Origin: Eledone cirrhosa
Lineage: Eukaryota
Direction: 5' to 3'
Length of the DNA: 64,000 nucleotides
NCBI GenBank assembly: GCA_964016885.1
Contig: OZ024742.1
Span: 233,058,001-233,122,000, forward strand
Under the pieces are notes generated by a model, which was given only the letters and a program-made list of their open reading frames with translations, was not told the origin of the DNA and made no database searches. Position 1 is the first letter of the stretch. Every line of letters begins with the position of its first letter. The position numbers were made by a program, and so were the translations under genes. This document shows, piece by piece, positions 37,486-51,247 of this stretch.

Positions 37486-38076
37486 TATTTTCCGTTGTGT
37501 TGTATATATATATATATATATATATAACATTTTGATAACATGTTTTATGTAACCCATATTTTTATTAGTTGTGAGTTCAACTAGTTTGAATAATTGTAAC
37601 ATTTGCAAGGTTGAAAGAAGTCTTCGCTCTGACGGTATGTATATAAAATATAAGAGAACAATCACGATCATTGTTATCTTCAGACTACATCCTTAATCTT
37701 TTAGTAGACGTTCAGGTGTTTATCATCTTACTCAGGTTGTTTAAGCAGTGCAGGACCTTAGATATGCTTTTAATTTTCTGGTTGGAGATATACAATGATG
37801 AATGCACACAAGTGAAAATGTGTTTTATCTATCTTACTTGTTTCGTTAATATTCGTATATTTTGGGAAACAAAAAACGTGACAAAGTCTTATAGAATACA
37901 AAATTGAAAGAACCAACTAAATAGTTACCTGTAGACATTTACTTTACTGCAGTAAAACCTACGTTTTAAAATAATTTTAAAATAATGAGACTTTGTCTCT
38001 TTATTCAAAGACTTTTTTCTTACGTCACTGACGGATACTCGATTTCATAGACATTACTTGAAATTTATGGCAGTCT

Positions 38077-38162
<86 letters not shown>

Positions 38163-38163
<1 letters not shown>

Positions 38164-38303
38164 TAGCAGAATGGCCCGGCGTTGCTCGGGATTTGCTATA
38201 GGGTTCTTATATATGTGATATATATTTATCCTTATCGAACCTCGTGAAATAAATACGTTTGTTTATATTTTGTTATTGTGTATGCAAAAATATCTGTCCA
38301 TAA

Positions 38304-38334
<31 letters not shown>

Positions 38335-38950
38335 TAACAGACTAAAGTTTAAGCAAAGAATCACTGCTTTCACCCTTAACGGGATGTTCTACCTAAAAGC
38401 AGTATGAAGTACATACACTAAGACTAATTGATGTAATCTTTGGCCTTCTTTGTTTATATTTTGTTTTTGTGTATGCAAAAATATCTGTACACGAATATCT
38501 ATATTAAAATAACATATTAATGTTTAGGCAAAGAATCGCTGCTTTCAACCTTAACGGGATATTCTTAAACTAACAAAGTCAATCTGGAAAACAGGAAGAC
38601 GATACTTTGGTTCGTGAAGACGTTCCCTGGCATAAGAATATATATACATACACACACTGATCGCGTCATAATGACGTAATGCAGACAGTCAGGCATACAG
38701 ACAGATATTATGAAGGCGCGACGTCATATCTATGTATCTATCTAAAAAGAGAAAGACTAAGAGAAAGAGAAAGAGATCGCTAAATCGCCTAATGCGGTCC
38801 CTAGGGCATTGAAAATTTGAAATTTTTTTGCTCAAAACACTTCCGGGGTCATACGAGTTACATGTATAAAGTTTGAAAAAAACCGGTTGGGTACTTCTCG
38901 AGTTTTAGGGAAACAGACACACAGACATCCTCTGTTTTATATATATATAT
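38163..38950 (-). mobile_element. Non-autonomous Helitron in (TA)n
   Basis: Same CTAG end and CCCGGCGTTGCTCGGG hairpin as 27073. The other end is CAGAC-rich followed by TTTTATATATA. Confidence 0.75.
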
Positions 38951-39184
38951 CATAAAACATGTCTATAGAATCACCAGATAAAATATATACCATTTCCTCT
39001 CCCAATTAGCATAATTAACCATATAAAAAATCGAATAGATCATGCTATAAGAATAAGGCTTCTATGAAGAAATCTCCAACAAATAACCGAAACCAGCCCT
39101 TCGCGTCGGCCGTGACGGAATATTTATCGAATATTTCGACAGCGTAATCGCCCAGATATACAGTCAATTAAACAGAATTAGGTG

Positions 39185-39252
<68 letters not shown>

Positions 39253-39837
39253 CAGGATATCTATTGTTGTTGGTTTATGTTTTTTAAAATAGCATGAATA
39301 TTGATGAATCATTAAACAGATTAGGTTGCTGAATATTATTAAAAAAATTAATTCTCGACACATACGAGTAAAAAGTTATAAGATAAACATGACATAAAAA
39401 CTGAATTATTTATTTTTATTTAAATAAAATAAAATAAACAAATTCGCTTTTCTTTAGAGGTTATATTGTTAAGAGATTTTATTTTTTCAAGTGAATAAAT
39501 GTTACAACCTGTTATTCACGTACTCCATTAGATAGAATCAAGACATCTTTCAGATCCGTGTATTTAATTGTTTACATTCAGGGCAGTTGTTTTTAAACTG
39601 GCATGCGTAAAACCCCAATCGTCCATAGTCATAATCTATTCTAGAAAAATCGTTAGGTTATTCCGAAACTTAGTGGATCAGAATGTACTTCTAGATGGTC
39701 TAGTGACTAATTCACACCTCTTTACGGAGAATTAGTAGAGCTAAGGATAAAGTACCATTGCAGTATTTGTTCTGTTTCGTTTTTTTTAATATTCTGAGTT
39801 CAAATTCCACTGGTTAATTTGCCTTTCACTCTTCTGC

Positions 39838-41030
39838 GGTCGTATGCCTTTTCAAAGTCTACGAAATAAGCTAACACCTCATGGCAATATTCCCAGGATT
39901 TCCCAAAGACCTGCCGCAGAGTGAATATTTGGCCGGCCCGGCAGTACTGTGTCCGGCGCGAAAATTACATTGTTCATCAGCTAGCATGGACTCGACAATA
40001 TACCTACATCACTTTGCCAGACACTTACCATAGACTTTCCCGGGGAGGCTTAAGAAGGAGATATCTCAATAATTGAAGCAATCTCTCTTGTCTCCCTTTT
40101 TAAAAAATGGGTTTATCACTCACGATTGCCATTGCTTAGGTGTCTTTCCAGAGATCCAGGCCACCCAGCACAACCAAGTCATCCAGAGAATACCTTCTCT
40201 ATTTAAAGCTTTTAACATCTCGGGTCGAATTTCATCCTCCTCAGCGGCCTTGCCACTTTTGAACTCTTTAATTGTTCTTGTAACCTCAAAACTTTCGAGA
40301 GCTTAGTTCTCACAGATGCACCTCATGTACATCAGATGTTGTGATTTGATTTAGGAGATCAGTAAAGTATTCTCTCCGCCTCACGAGGATGCACCTCTCT
40401 GAGGAGAGAAGAACTCCAGATGTTTCATGAGAGCGGGCGTGGAGGAGGAATTATTATTTCGAAGTTGTTGGATGGTCTGCCAAAACACTTTATTTCCTGA
40501 TCTGAAGTCGGATTCCAGCTTAACTCCAAAGTTCTTCCATGTCTTAAGTCCGGGCGCCGTTACTGTCTCTGCTGCGACTTTTCGCGTTTACTTGTACCGG
40601 TAGTGCAAGCTTTGTAAGCCTCCTTTGCTTGGATGGCATTTTTGACACCAAACCGCTTTCGCCCACAGCATTTAACAGCTGAAGCAGAAAATGCCAAGAT
40701 AAACAATCTCCATTCCATTTCAACGTCCTCGGTTTGATCAGGGAGTTCTCTGAATTTGGATGCAATAGTGTCCGCAAACCTGTTCCTGACTTCCTTATCG
40801 ACAAGTTTTGTGGGTTTTCTTGGCTGCTTGTGGGTTTTCTTGGTGTTCTTGGGAGTCTCAGGTTGCAGTTAACAAGATGGTGATCAGTTGATAGCTCAGC
40901 TTCTCTCTTAACACGTTCTGACAGCCGGGATCTTGTAAGTATCGCCACGCCCGTATGAGAGATCTTTTATGTTGCCACACATACATAGTAGACTTTCCAT
41001 CCTCCATCCAAATCTACAGTACCAGAATCA
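39838..41030 (-). mobile_element. Decayed RTE (Expander-like) LINE, endonuclease to RT region
   Basis: AELSTDHHLV motif and nucleotide similarity to 4905-5220 and 45700-45945. Confidence 0.75.
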
Positions 41031-41225
41031 CAGAACATTGTTGAGGAAAGCCCGAAATTGTTGAGGAAAGTTATGGTGCAGCTTTCTCCCCTTCCAGTTG
41101 TCACATCTTGGATTTTCCACTGGACCAAAGGAAGGAAAGTCAAGAGGATGTTTGTCCTTAGACACCTAATACACTTATTGAAAGCATAGTATATACTCCC
41201 AAGCGATGGTTGTTGGTTGTAATCT

Positions 41226-41313
<88 letters not shown>

Positions 41314-41399
41314 CTATATTTAGTATAAATATCCAATATATATATATATATATTAATTCAAAATATTAACAAAAATAGACATTTGTGTGATCAAGTATA

Positions 41400-41443
41400 T
41401 TTTATTATACATATTTCAGAGTACGTCTTCATCAGATAAAATA
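41400..41443 (-). ncRNA. Minimal type I hammerhead-like motif
   Basis: Minus strand TTTTAT CTGATGA AGA cgtac TCT GAAA TATG TA TAATAAAA. Confidence 0.6.
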
Positions 41444-42394
41444 AGATGATGCATGATATACCCTGACTAAGTAGATGGTTAAAATTCAGTCATGGCAGTG
41501 AATAAGATATGACAAAACTCAATATTTATATACCTTAAGATTGAGACATGAAAAAATTACATATAATACAGGGGGTGCGTGTGAGAAAGTATTATAAAAA
41601 TAGATAATAATAAACAGCTACTAATATAATAGAAATTTACATAACTGTTACAGATTCAAATAATTTAAATTATTGAAGAAAGAAGAAAGACAGAGGGAGA
41701 AACAGATGAGGAAAAAGATAGTTACTAGAAGTATAGAAATATCTTATGCACAAAAGCAAAAGAAAATTGATTAAGGATAGAGAAACAAGGAAGAATAATT
41801 TTTATAGTATAAAGCATAGGGAGGGAGATTTGTATTGTCGTGGATAAATAGCGTATAATTAGATGATGCAAATATATATATATATATAAATAAATAAATA
41901 AATATACATTTGGGCATAGATTTGTGAATGAATAATTTCGAATCGTTGAATTATCTAGAAATAATCAATCAATCAAAATATCAAATATATCTGGGTGTAG
42001 TTATATGAGGGTTTAATTTCGAGTCCTTAAGTTAATTAGAAATAGACTATTAATCAATTATATATATCCAAACGTATCCGGATGACCGTTAAATTTCGAA
42101 TCATTTGTTAGTTCAAAATAGTGAATTAATCTAAAGGTATAATATTTCAGGCTATAAAATTTATAAGTATTTATATTATAGTATAATATCATATTTAAAG
42201 TATTTGAAAACATGAGAAAGAAGAGACTTAATATTTTCTTCATCCCGAAGGTAATCCATATTAAATTATATTAAAAAAATTTTATATTAAAGAGATTTTA
42301 TATAAAAAAAATAATCTTTATATAATTACTGTGGAGTGCTTCTAATCTATTGTAAAACTTTATTCTTTGATTTATTCATTGAACCTTGTTTAAC

Positions 42395-42457
<63 letters not shown>

Positions 42458-42500
42458 TTCAAAATATTAATAAATGTAATCAATTCACGTAATCAAAATA

Positions 42501-42563
42501 TATTTTATATATATTTCGGAGGTATTGCGCTGTTTTTTCAGTACGTCCTCATCAGATAAAATA
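42501..42563 (-). ncRNA. Type I hammerhead-like motif
   Basis: Minus strand TATTTTAT CTGATGA GGA..(25 nt)..TCC GAAA TATA TA TAAAATA, with palindromic ATATAT stem III. Confidence 0.65.
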
Positions 42564-43892
42564 CATAAATTGATGTATGACATACCTCAACTGTGCTGAT
42601 GGTTCTGAAAAACGTACTGAAAAAACACCACAGTACCTCCAAAATATATATAATTGTTTCTACTTTTGGCACAAAGCCAGCAATTATCCAGTGCATTACT
42701 GGTACTTTATTTTATCGACCCCGTAAGGATGAAAGGCAAAGTTAACCTCCGAAATATATATAATAAAATATATTTTGATTACGTGAATGTCTACATTTAT
42801 TAAGATTTTGAATTAATATTAATAACTCCAGAAAACTTTTTTTGTTGAGTGCTTCTAATCTATTGTAAAACTATATTCATTGATTAATCAATGAACCTTG
42901 TTTAACTTTTGGTTATATATATATTCATTTCAGTAATTGTGAGCTAGTCTATAAGTGTTCGTGTTTCACCGAGACTGTAAGTGCACGTTCACTAATCAGT
43001 ACATGCGTAAAGAACTCCTTAAAAAACTCGCTAACTTACCCCAAATATCAGAAAATCTCTATATATTTAGTACCTGGGTAACGTCGAGTAGCACCGCTAA
43101 TAAACTCATAAAAATAAGTTGCTTTCCTCAAATGAAGATAAACAGTACAGCTAATTCACTATAAGATTATGCGCATACACGATATCTTTACAAAAGAGAC
43201 TCATATATCACTATTTATTCCGCTTTTCATTTTCTCTGTTTAAAATTTGCTTACATTTAAGGAACCATCTAAGAATACTAAATAGTTACGTGCAGATATT
43301 TACGTCAAATACAGTAGAAGTTTACGTTTTAAAATAAAGTGACCTTGTCTTTTTATTGAAAGACATATTTTTCTTTTTTTTTGCGCCATTCAGAAACGGT
43401 GCGCCAGCTCCTGGTCCACAGATATTCTGTTTTCTTTCTCTGTCTGTTCTACAATACCTTCTGTTCCACAGAACTAGTTGATCTCATTCAGGCATTCCTA
43501 CCTCAGTTATCTTTCCTTCTCTCACCATCCACACCTATATCATTAGTATCGGAAGCTGGCTACTGAATCGCAGCTCATCTGCCTTCTCCGCAAGGATGAA
43601 GCCGTTGACTACTTGAACGGTGATTACCAGGGTGATTAACGAGTCCCATCTACCTCGGTTTTGAAATCAGAGTGATTCTTCTAGACAAAATGTCATCCAA
43701 GGTTAACGAGCTCCTTTGTCTACCTGTTTTTTAAACACACTGTTGGATGGCCGTTGAATCATCTGAGTTCCTCCACCCTTTGACGTTTTTTTTTCATCCT
43801 ACAGGGTGTCCATAACCCCCGTCCCCTTCCCACGAAGAAAGCTTAGCAGGATTCCGGTTTAGTCATCGACAACCTGACCATATGACAAGTTT

Positions 43893-44240
43893 GCTTCTTC
43901 TTCTTCTTCTTCTTCTTCTTCTTCTTCTTCTTCTTCTTCTTCTTCTTCTTCTTCTTCTTCTTCTTCTTCTTCTTCTTCTTCTTCTTCTTCTTCTTCTTCT
44001 TCTTCTTCTTCTTCTTCTTCTTCTTCTTCCAATTATTTCTGAGAGGGTCGTGGGGGCAGAGTCCTCAAACACTCCTTCCAGCGGGTCCTGTCAGAAGCAA
44101 CCTCCTTCAACTGATCCGGCTGGATCCCCAAGCGTGACCAACCAAGCTCATAGCTGTTATCCAACCATCTTGTTTGGGGTCTACCCCTGGGTCTCCTGTT
44201 GGTTGGTTTTGCCCGTAAAATCTGTCCAGCGATTCTTTGT
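43893..44240 (-). mobile_element. RTE (Expander-like) 3' end with long (GAA)n tail
   Basis: (CTT)n at 43894-44028 joined to the reverse complement of the 3' end seen at 6000-6200. Confidence 0.85.
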
Positions 44241-44758
44241 CAAGTAATGTATAGAACTACTTTACATTATATTACTTTATATTCAACTGCTGAAGTTAAC
44301 TTTGCCTTTCATCCTTACTGGGTTGATAAAATAAAGTACCAGTAATACACTGGGTTATTGCTGGCCTTGTGCCAAAAGTAGAAACAATTATATTACTTTA
44401 TATTCAACTGCTGAAGTTAACTTTGCCTTTCATCCTTACTGGGTTGATAAAATAAAGTACCAGTAATACACTGGGTAATTGCTGGCCTTGTGCCAAAAGT
44501 AGAAACAATTATATTACTTTATATTCAAGTAATTAAAAATATTTTTCAACACTTGCAATATTTCCATTTGAATTATTCTGATGTTAGGATTTGTTAATTA
44601 ATTTTCTATGGGAAAATTGGATATTGTTTAGTGTTTTGAAACTGAATTATGATTTCATTCATATTTACGATACATTCTAGGAATAAAATAGACTCATAAT
44701 TCTGCCACAATTGTTCTAGTAGAATTCCATTCAAACGTATAGTTATGGAATGTTCACC

Positions 44759-44759
<1 letters not shown>

Positions 44760-44789
<30 letters not shown>

Positions 44790-45945
44790 CTTCTTCTTCT
44801 TCTTCTTCTTCTTCTTCTTCTTCTTCTTCTTCTTCTTCTTCTTCTTCTTCTTCTTCTTCTTCGAGAAGATTTGGCTGCATCCCCAAGCAAGATCAGCCAA
44901 GCTCATGGATGTTATCCAACTATCTTGTTTAGGGTCGAACCCTGGGTCTCCCGCCAGTTGGTTTTTCCCGTAAATCTGTCCAGTGATTCTTCCCTGAGAC
45001 ATTCCAACCACATGTCCATAGTATCGGAGATGTGATCTCTCAATTTGTATTCGTGATCGTATTCGTTCGGCCATTACCCAAAATTCATGACCATAGGTAA
45101 GGGTTGGCACGAGTACCGAATTGAAGATAGCGTGTTTAGCTTTTGCGCCTACCTTCCTTCTCCTGAGTACTGAATGCTGAAGCTGGCGCATTACTGCACG
45201 TGCTCCTGTAATTCTTGCACAGAATCAGCCTTCTGAACTTCCATCCCTCGTGAACACGGCCCTGAGTTGAACTTCTCTACCTGCTTCAGTAGAACTCCAT
45301 TCACGTGTAGAGTGCACAACGCAGGCTTCCTTGCGAGGACGAATGCCTCAGTTTTTGCAGCACTGATTTTCATTCCAGCCATGCATAACACGGCATCAAA
45401 CCTATCGAGTGCAAGTCGAAGATCATCTTCTGTCGAGTTAAGTAACATCATGTCGCCTGAAAATTCCAGCCGTCTGAATTTACGCCTACCAGTCATGAAC
45501 CTCTTCTAGCCCAGCTGCTCATGTAAATAATGAACAGGAGAGGTGACAATCCACACCCTTAGCGGCGTCCGACTCCCACATTGAAAAGTTTCAATTTAGC
45601 ACCATTTATCCGAACATAAATACTCGTGCATTCGTATAGAGACATCAGGGCAACAATAAGCTGACCATCGATCCCATACTCCTGCAGAATTTTCCACGGA
45701 AGGTCGACAAAACCAGAATACACCTCTTTGCAGTACTCCTACGATTTCTCAAAGACTTGCCGCAGTGTGAATATTTGGTCGGCTGTGCTGCATCCAGGAC
45801 GACGAATACCGCACTTTTCATCAGCTAGCTTGGACTCGACAATCTCCCTGTATCTCTTTGCCAGACACTTAGCATAGACTTTACCGGGTAGGCTTAACAA
45901 GGAGATCCCTCTGTAATTGAAACAATCTCTCTTGTCTCCCTTTTC
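44760..45945 (-). mobile_element. RTE (Expander-like) RT fragment adjoining (GAA)n
   Basis: MKISAAKTE, KQVEKF, PTLTYGHEFWVMAER and LRYYGHVV. Confidence 0.88.
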
Positions 45946-46504
45946 ACTTTAACTCCACTCACACCAAACTCTACTCGCTAGTATTCCACATTCATGGCTT
46001 GCATTACATGTAGGCGTTCTGTACTGTTAAGATAACAACACATCTATAGTAGAGCAAATTTATTGGAAGGAATTGGAAGGAATTTACACCCGCACATGCA
46101 ATTATGTTAGGTTTCGAGGTCATTACTACTTAAATAGAGCAGACTAATCCATTGAAAAAAAAATCTTTCCACAAATACATAGAAATCTGATGTACATAAA
46201 ACTGCACTGACAAGTCTTTTGAAATGATAACAATACTTAATTAATGGGAACAATAATTGTACACAGACATGTGGAAGCCAATTTTTGGTGTGATAATCGC
46301 ATATATACATCACAAGATAACAACTATTTCATCTCGTATTCAAAGTTTCCTATAATGCGTGGGAAATATCTTTCTTTTAAATTCCTAGACTAAATTGTTC
46401 AAGAGATGCTCGAGAAGAAATACAATAGTCCCATAAACTCGAAACATTGTTTACATGTAATCATGAACACAATAGTTACTTGTAAAATTATATTTAAGAA
46501 ATCA

Positions 46505-46690
46505 TAATTGTTTCTACTTTAGGCACAAGGCCAGCAATTACCCAGTGCGTTACTGGTACTTTATTTTATCGACCCCGTAAGGATGAAAGGCAAAGTCAAC
46601 CTCGGCGGGATTTGAACTCAGATCGTAAAGGGTCGTAACTATGCTGGAAAGCATGGCGTCTGACCCTCTACCGATACTGCCAATCCACCG
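46505..46690 (-). mobile_element. tRNA-derived SINE, full length
   Basis: Reverse complement of the 20728 family consensus. Confidence 0.88.
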
Positions 46691-47715
46691 AAGAAATCAT
46701 AATGCACAGTAGATAGTAAAAATACCTCGTTCATATTCCATGCTTCTGCAGCAGAGAGAAACCGCCTAATTAAGTCACTGAGCGACGACTCTTTCTGGGT
46801 GCATGGTGCTTTTACTCAAGCAAAAAGACAGTCATTCTCTGGGGGGTTATCAACAGTTTTTATTATTTCAAGAACCTACCCACAAGTCAATGGGATGGCC
46901 ATTGTGCTTTTAGCTAAGTCTATTCTGTTGCAAGCATTCGGGCCAGGTATCTAGTTTGAGGATACCTTCCCCCTTGATACCATCTTGGCGGCCCCGAAAA
47001 GGGTCAGAAGTATTGCCCTTTCATCATTGTAATAAAGGAACCAGTATGCGAAATACCTTCCTCCCCTAATTCATTGTAGTTTTGTACTTGCTTCTTGCTT
47101 AATTTTGTTTCTCGTATTCACCACACTTTGTTACAATTTTTTCGACTTGCCCATGTTATTTTTATAAATTTGATTTAAGTTCTAATAATTGTTTCTACTT
47201 TTTGGCATAAGGCCAGCAATTACCCAGTGCATTACTGGTACTTTATTTTATCGACCCCGTAAGGATGAAAGGCAAAGTTAATCTCGGCGGGATGAGATAG
47301 TTGGCAAATTGCTAGAACGTTGAATATTCGTTCTACCTCTCTGCGCTCTGAGATCAAAGCCCGCCAAGGTGAACTTTGCCTTTCGTCCTTTCGAGGTCGA
47401 TGAAAAATAGTAGCAGTCCAGTACTTGAGTCGATTCTTCTTCTATATCTCTTTCTTAATTTCTCGCTATCACACTCTCACTCCTTCTTTAGAAGAAATCG
47501 GATGTATTCAGACGAAGGGGGAGGATGGGTTCCGCAAGGTTTAAGATGCTCACGTATTGCCGTATATTATTACGGCTCCCCTACGATTTTACCAGGAGTT
47601 ACAGGTCCATACGTACGTAAAATAGTGATGAGGGTGGTATATTTTTATGTCTTTAGCTTATTTGTTTGTAGAAAATTTTGCTTTCCTTAAATGTTCTTTA
47701 GTCATTATTATAACT

Positions 47716-47880
47716 CGGTGGATTGGCAGTATCGGTAGAGGGTCGGACGCCATGCTTTGACGCATTGAATTACGGATCTTGCCATTCTGAGTTCAAATCC
47801 CGCCTTACGGGGTCGATAAAATAAAGTACCAGTAATACGCTGGGTATTTGGTGACCTTATGCCAAAAGTAGAAACAATTA
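47716..47880 (+). mobile_element. tRNA-derived SINE
   Basis: CGGTGGATTGGCAGTATCGGTAGAGGG...GAGTTCAAATCC...AGTAGAAACAATT. Confidence 0.85.
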
Positions 47881-48908
47881 TAACTCTATAGATTTTTGAT
47901 ATTTCATCTCAGCAAGTACAGGGAAATATTTCCTTCCCTTGTTGTTTACATTTATTTTTTTCGCTTTTTACATTTTTCTTTTGGAGTTTTATTGTGTTCA
48001 TACTCAGTCATCACCTAAACAGTAACACAGTAGAACAGGTTTATCGCAATTATAACACAAACTATTGCTTAATGTTTCCGTATTCTCTGTATTTGCTTGA
48101 TTTATAGCATTTTTTCCTATATATTAGCAGGCTATTTTTAAGCATTATTTTAATTCACCCATTCTGTTTAATTGTATGCACTTGTCTTTTATTTTTTTAT
48201 TTGTGTTCCATTATTCTATTTTATTTTATCCACTTTTTTTGGCTTGCTATTATTGAGTCATTATTGTGAATCTCCTCATGGTTTCTTGCTCCATATTTCA
48301 TGCTATGTTAAAATATATACTTTGTGATACTTCTAATAAGTTGTTCTTTAAAACTAAATTTAGTGAAATAACTTCACTTATGCCTTCTACTTCTGAATCT
48401 CATAGTCATTAATATTTATACACTTTTTAGGATAGAAAGAACAACATAGGAGTGTGTAGTGGAACTACGTCGTACCTCGCAATAGCAACATTTTCATATG
48501 CAATAAGGTTAAATTGACCAATGGTAAATCGCGTATGAATACATGGTCACTCTCTTCTCTCACTCACTGGTGAAGAACCACAGTTCACGAGAGACCAGTA
48601 CACGAGAAACCACAGTACGGAGAAGACCAAGAGATGGCTACTGGCGCGTGAAGAATTATTATAAAATGACTCCTTCAATAAAAAATATTTTTATAGAGGA
48701 TGAGCGTTAAAGAGGTATTTATTTATATCCTGGAAGTCAGAAGCATATTACTACCAATATACAGCTACCGACTCATCGACTAAGGTATTTCTCTTATATC
48801 GTTTGTAAAAACAAGATTCTTAGAAGATTATAACTTGCAGTTATAAAAAGACATAGATAATATTTAACCTCTCATCCTATCTATAAGTGTAAACAAAGGA
48901 AAGACTCC

Positions 48909-49077
48909 CAGACTTGCCAATCTCAAAAACCAAAACGGGGAGTACCCTCAAATGAGACAAAATGGGGAGATTTTACATAATGAAAGCTATACCCATTTTC
49001 ACAAGAGAAGATATCTCTCACCCACCCCAAAGTGGGTGGGAGATCTCTCCGTTGGACGGGGAGAGTTGACAGGTCTG
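48909..49077 (-). mobile_element. Non-autonomous DNA transposon with 6-bp TSD, same family as 23861
   Basis: CAGACTTGCCAA...TTGACAGGTCTG, with GACTCC at 48903-48908 and 49078-49083. Confidence 0.8.
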
Positions 49078-49647
49078 GACTCCTGTAGGATAGTAATGAC
49101 TAGAAGAGGTGGGTGGATTTGATGGGAAGCACTTGTGTCCTCAAGCCATATAGCAATAACGATGCAATGCCTTGAAATTGTGACATGTTTTGACTTGACA
49201 AAAACGTCTAGATTATTGAGTTGACGGTGCCTTGGGAATTCCCTACAGAATGAAAGGAAAGGCCTAATATATGATGGACAAGGTATCATATGAGATACAA
49301 GGATGGCAGTATATAGTAATTCCAGAAAATCATTCTGATCTCCAAACTGTAAGAAAATAATACAATATTTCTATAAGTTTAATCTTATAAAACAATTCCT
49401 TATAAAACCTGACTATTTTTTCCTTCATTGAATTATCTATTTCAATTTTAATTAATCGGGACTTTAGTTAGTCAACTTTTGTTTCGTTTTCCTTTTTGAT
49501 TTTGAGTTGTCACTCTTACATTTGGTTTTGTTAAGTATTCTTTAACAATGTTTACCTCTCCTCGATACAGTTTTAGTCTCGAAATCACCAACCCCACAAC
49601 ATTGGTTGGTTTACCTAGTAATGTATCTTTCTAGCCTTATAACAAGG

Positions 49648-49868
49648 ACGGTGGATTGGCAGAATCGGTAGAGCATCGGACCACATGCTTTGCGACGCTG
49701 TTGCGACCCTTTACGTTCTGAGTCAAATCCTGCCGAGGTTAGCTTTGCCTTTCATCCTTACGGGGTCGATAAAATAAAGTACCAATAACGCACTGGGGTC
49801 AATTTAATCGACTTTACCCTTCCTCACTCCAAATTGTTGGCCTTGTGTCTAAATCAGAAACCATTATT
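49648..49868 (+). mobile_element. tRNA-derived SINE, longer variant
   Basis: Same head and body as 20728, with an extra GGGGTCAATTTAATCGACT segment. Related copy at 62812-63030. Confidence 0.85.
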
Positions 49869-50842
49869 CAGATTTATTTTTCTTTTTTAATACTTTTCTA
49901 TGACCTCATTGTCGTCTGAACTCATAAGCTGTCTTAGGTCAACCACCTATTTTGGTAACTATTGCTGTCGTCTGTACTGTATTATCTTTGCTATTTCTTG
50001 TTAATTCTTTGATGCTTTTGTTTTCAAAATGTTCCTATTTATTACATACGTGCTTGAGTAATAGAGAGTACTGTGGGATTCATAAAATATGTATAATTAC
50101 AAGTAATTAAATAGATGTAGGCTTCAGAAAAAGCAGTGCTATTGTCATGAAATAATAAACCTAAATAAATATATTTCTTAAGAATAAGCTTTTGTTTGAA
50201 AAAGTTATATTTTCTGTTTGTAATAACATCATCAGAGTGGATGCAACATAACCGAGTAGTTAATAAGCTCGTTTCATAATCATTAGAACTCTGGTTCAAT
50301 TCAACTTCATGGCGTCTTGGGAAAGTATCATTTACCATATGCTCGGGTCGACTCAAGCCTTGTGAATGAAACTGAGTGGACGGAAACTCTTTGGAAGCCC
50401 GTTGAATAGTTTCTATCTGTAATTCAAAGGGCCAGTCCTATCACATACTATGTCACGCTGAACCTCCCTGAGAATTACGTTAAGGGTACACCTGTCTTTA
50501 GAATGTTCAGCCATTTACACGTTAATTTCATAAGAAGTCCGTTATGTTGATTGAACAACTAGAATATTCAGTGTCGAATCCGACGGAGGTCTATTCCATT
50601 CTATATCCTTGTCAGAAGTATTAATCGTAACGCGACTAGTGACAGAAGACATGTCGTCACATGGAGTGTATCCATATTTCTCTCACATCTCTCTCTCTCT
50701 CTCTCTCTCTGGAAGAAGTAGGCTGGAGAGGAGATAGTTTAAAAGATGTTCATGAAATGCCGTATGTGACTACGGTACCCTTGCGATTCCATCAGGAGTT
50801 ACAGGTAAAAAAAAGTCCGCATAGTTCGTAGGTAGTGAAGGG

Positions 50843-51166
50843 ACGTGTGAAGACGCATGGCTTTGAAGTTAAAGTATTCGGCTCACTATTGTCAGGCCGT
50901 GAGTTCGATTTCCGGCGACGCGTTGTGTCCTTGAGCAAGACATTTCATTTCACGCTGCTCCAATCCACGCAGTAGGCAAAAATGAGTTGTAGCTGTAATT
51001 CGAAGGGCCGGCTTTGTCACGTTCGGTCTCATGCTGAATCTCCCAGAGAACTATGTTAAGGGTACGCGTGTCTGTGGAATGCTCAGCCACTTGCACGTTA
51101 ATTTCACCAGCAGGCTGTTCCGTTGATCGAATCAATTGGAACATTCGTCATAACCGACGGAGTGCC
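50843..51166 (+). mobile_element. tRNA-derived SINE with CORE-like domain
   Basis: B-box GAGTTCGATT followed by TTGTGTCCTTGAGCAAGACA. The 3' half is shared with 50410-50600. Confidence 0.7.
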
Positions 51167-51247
51167 TTTTAAGTGAAGGTGTGTGGTTTAGTTGAGCAAC
51201 GCGAAATAAAGTGTCTGTGCATGTATGTATGTATATTATATATGTAT

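Larger units (their letters stand above)
41345..42915 (-). mobile_element. Decayed Penelope-like element with two hammerhead-bearing pLTRs and an inverted segment
   Basis: Direct repeats at ~41350-41480 and ~42450-42600 both carry hammerheads. 42612-42820 is an inverted copy interrupted by a SINE. Confidence 0.6.

Noticed and set aside
43863-45035. Poly-Arg/Leu/Ser/Lys ORFs
   Set aside because: Readings of (CTT)n/(GAA)n RTE tails.
46110-47060. Possible coding remnants (a TR*NSCY hAT-like motif near 46330 and an exon-like stretch at 46726-47050)
   Set aside because: Multiple in-frame stops and too little recognisable homology to support a call.
47550-47635. Twister-like TAACTCC motif in a repeat shared with 50757-50842
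   Set aside because: Other twister core elements are absent.
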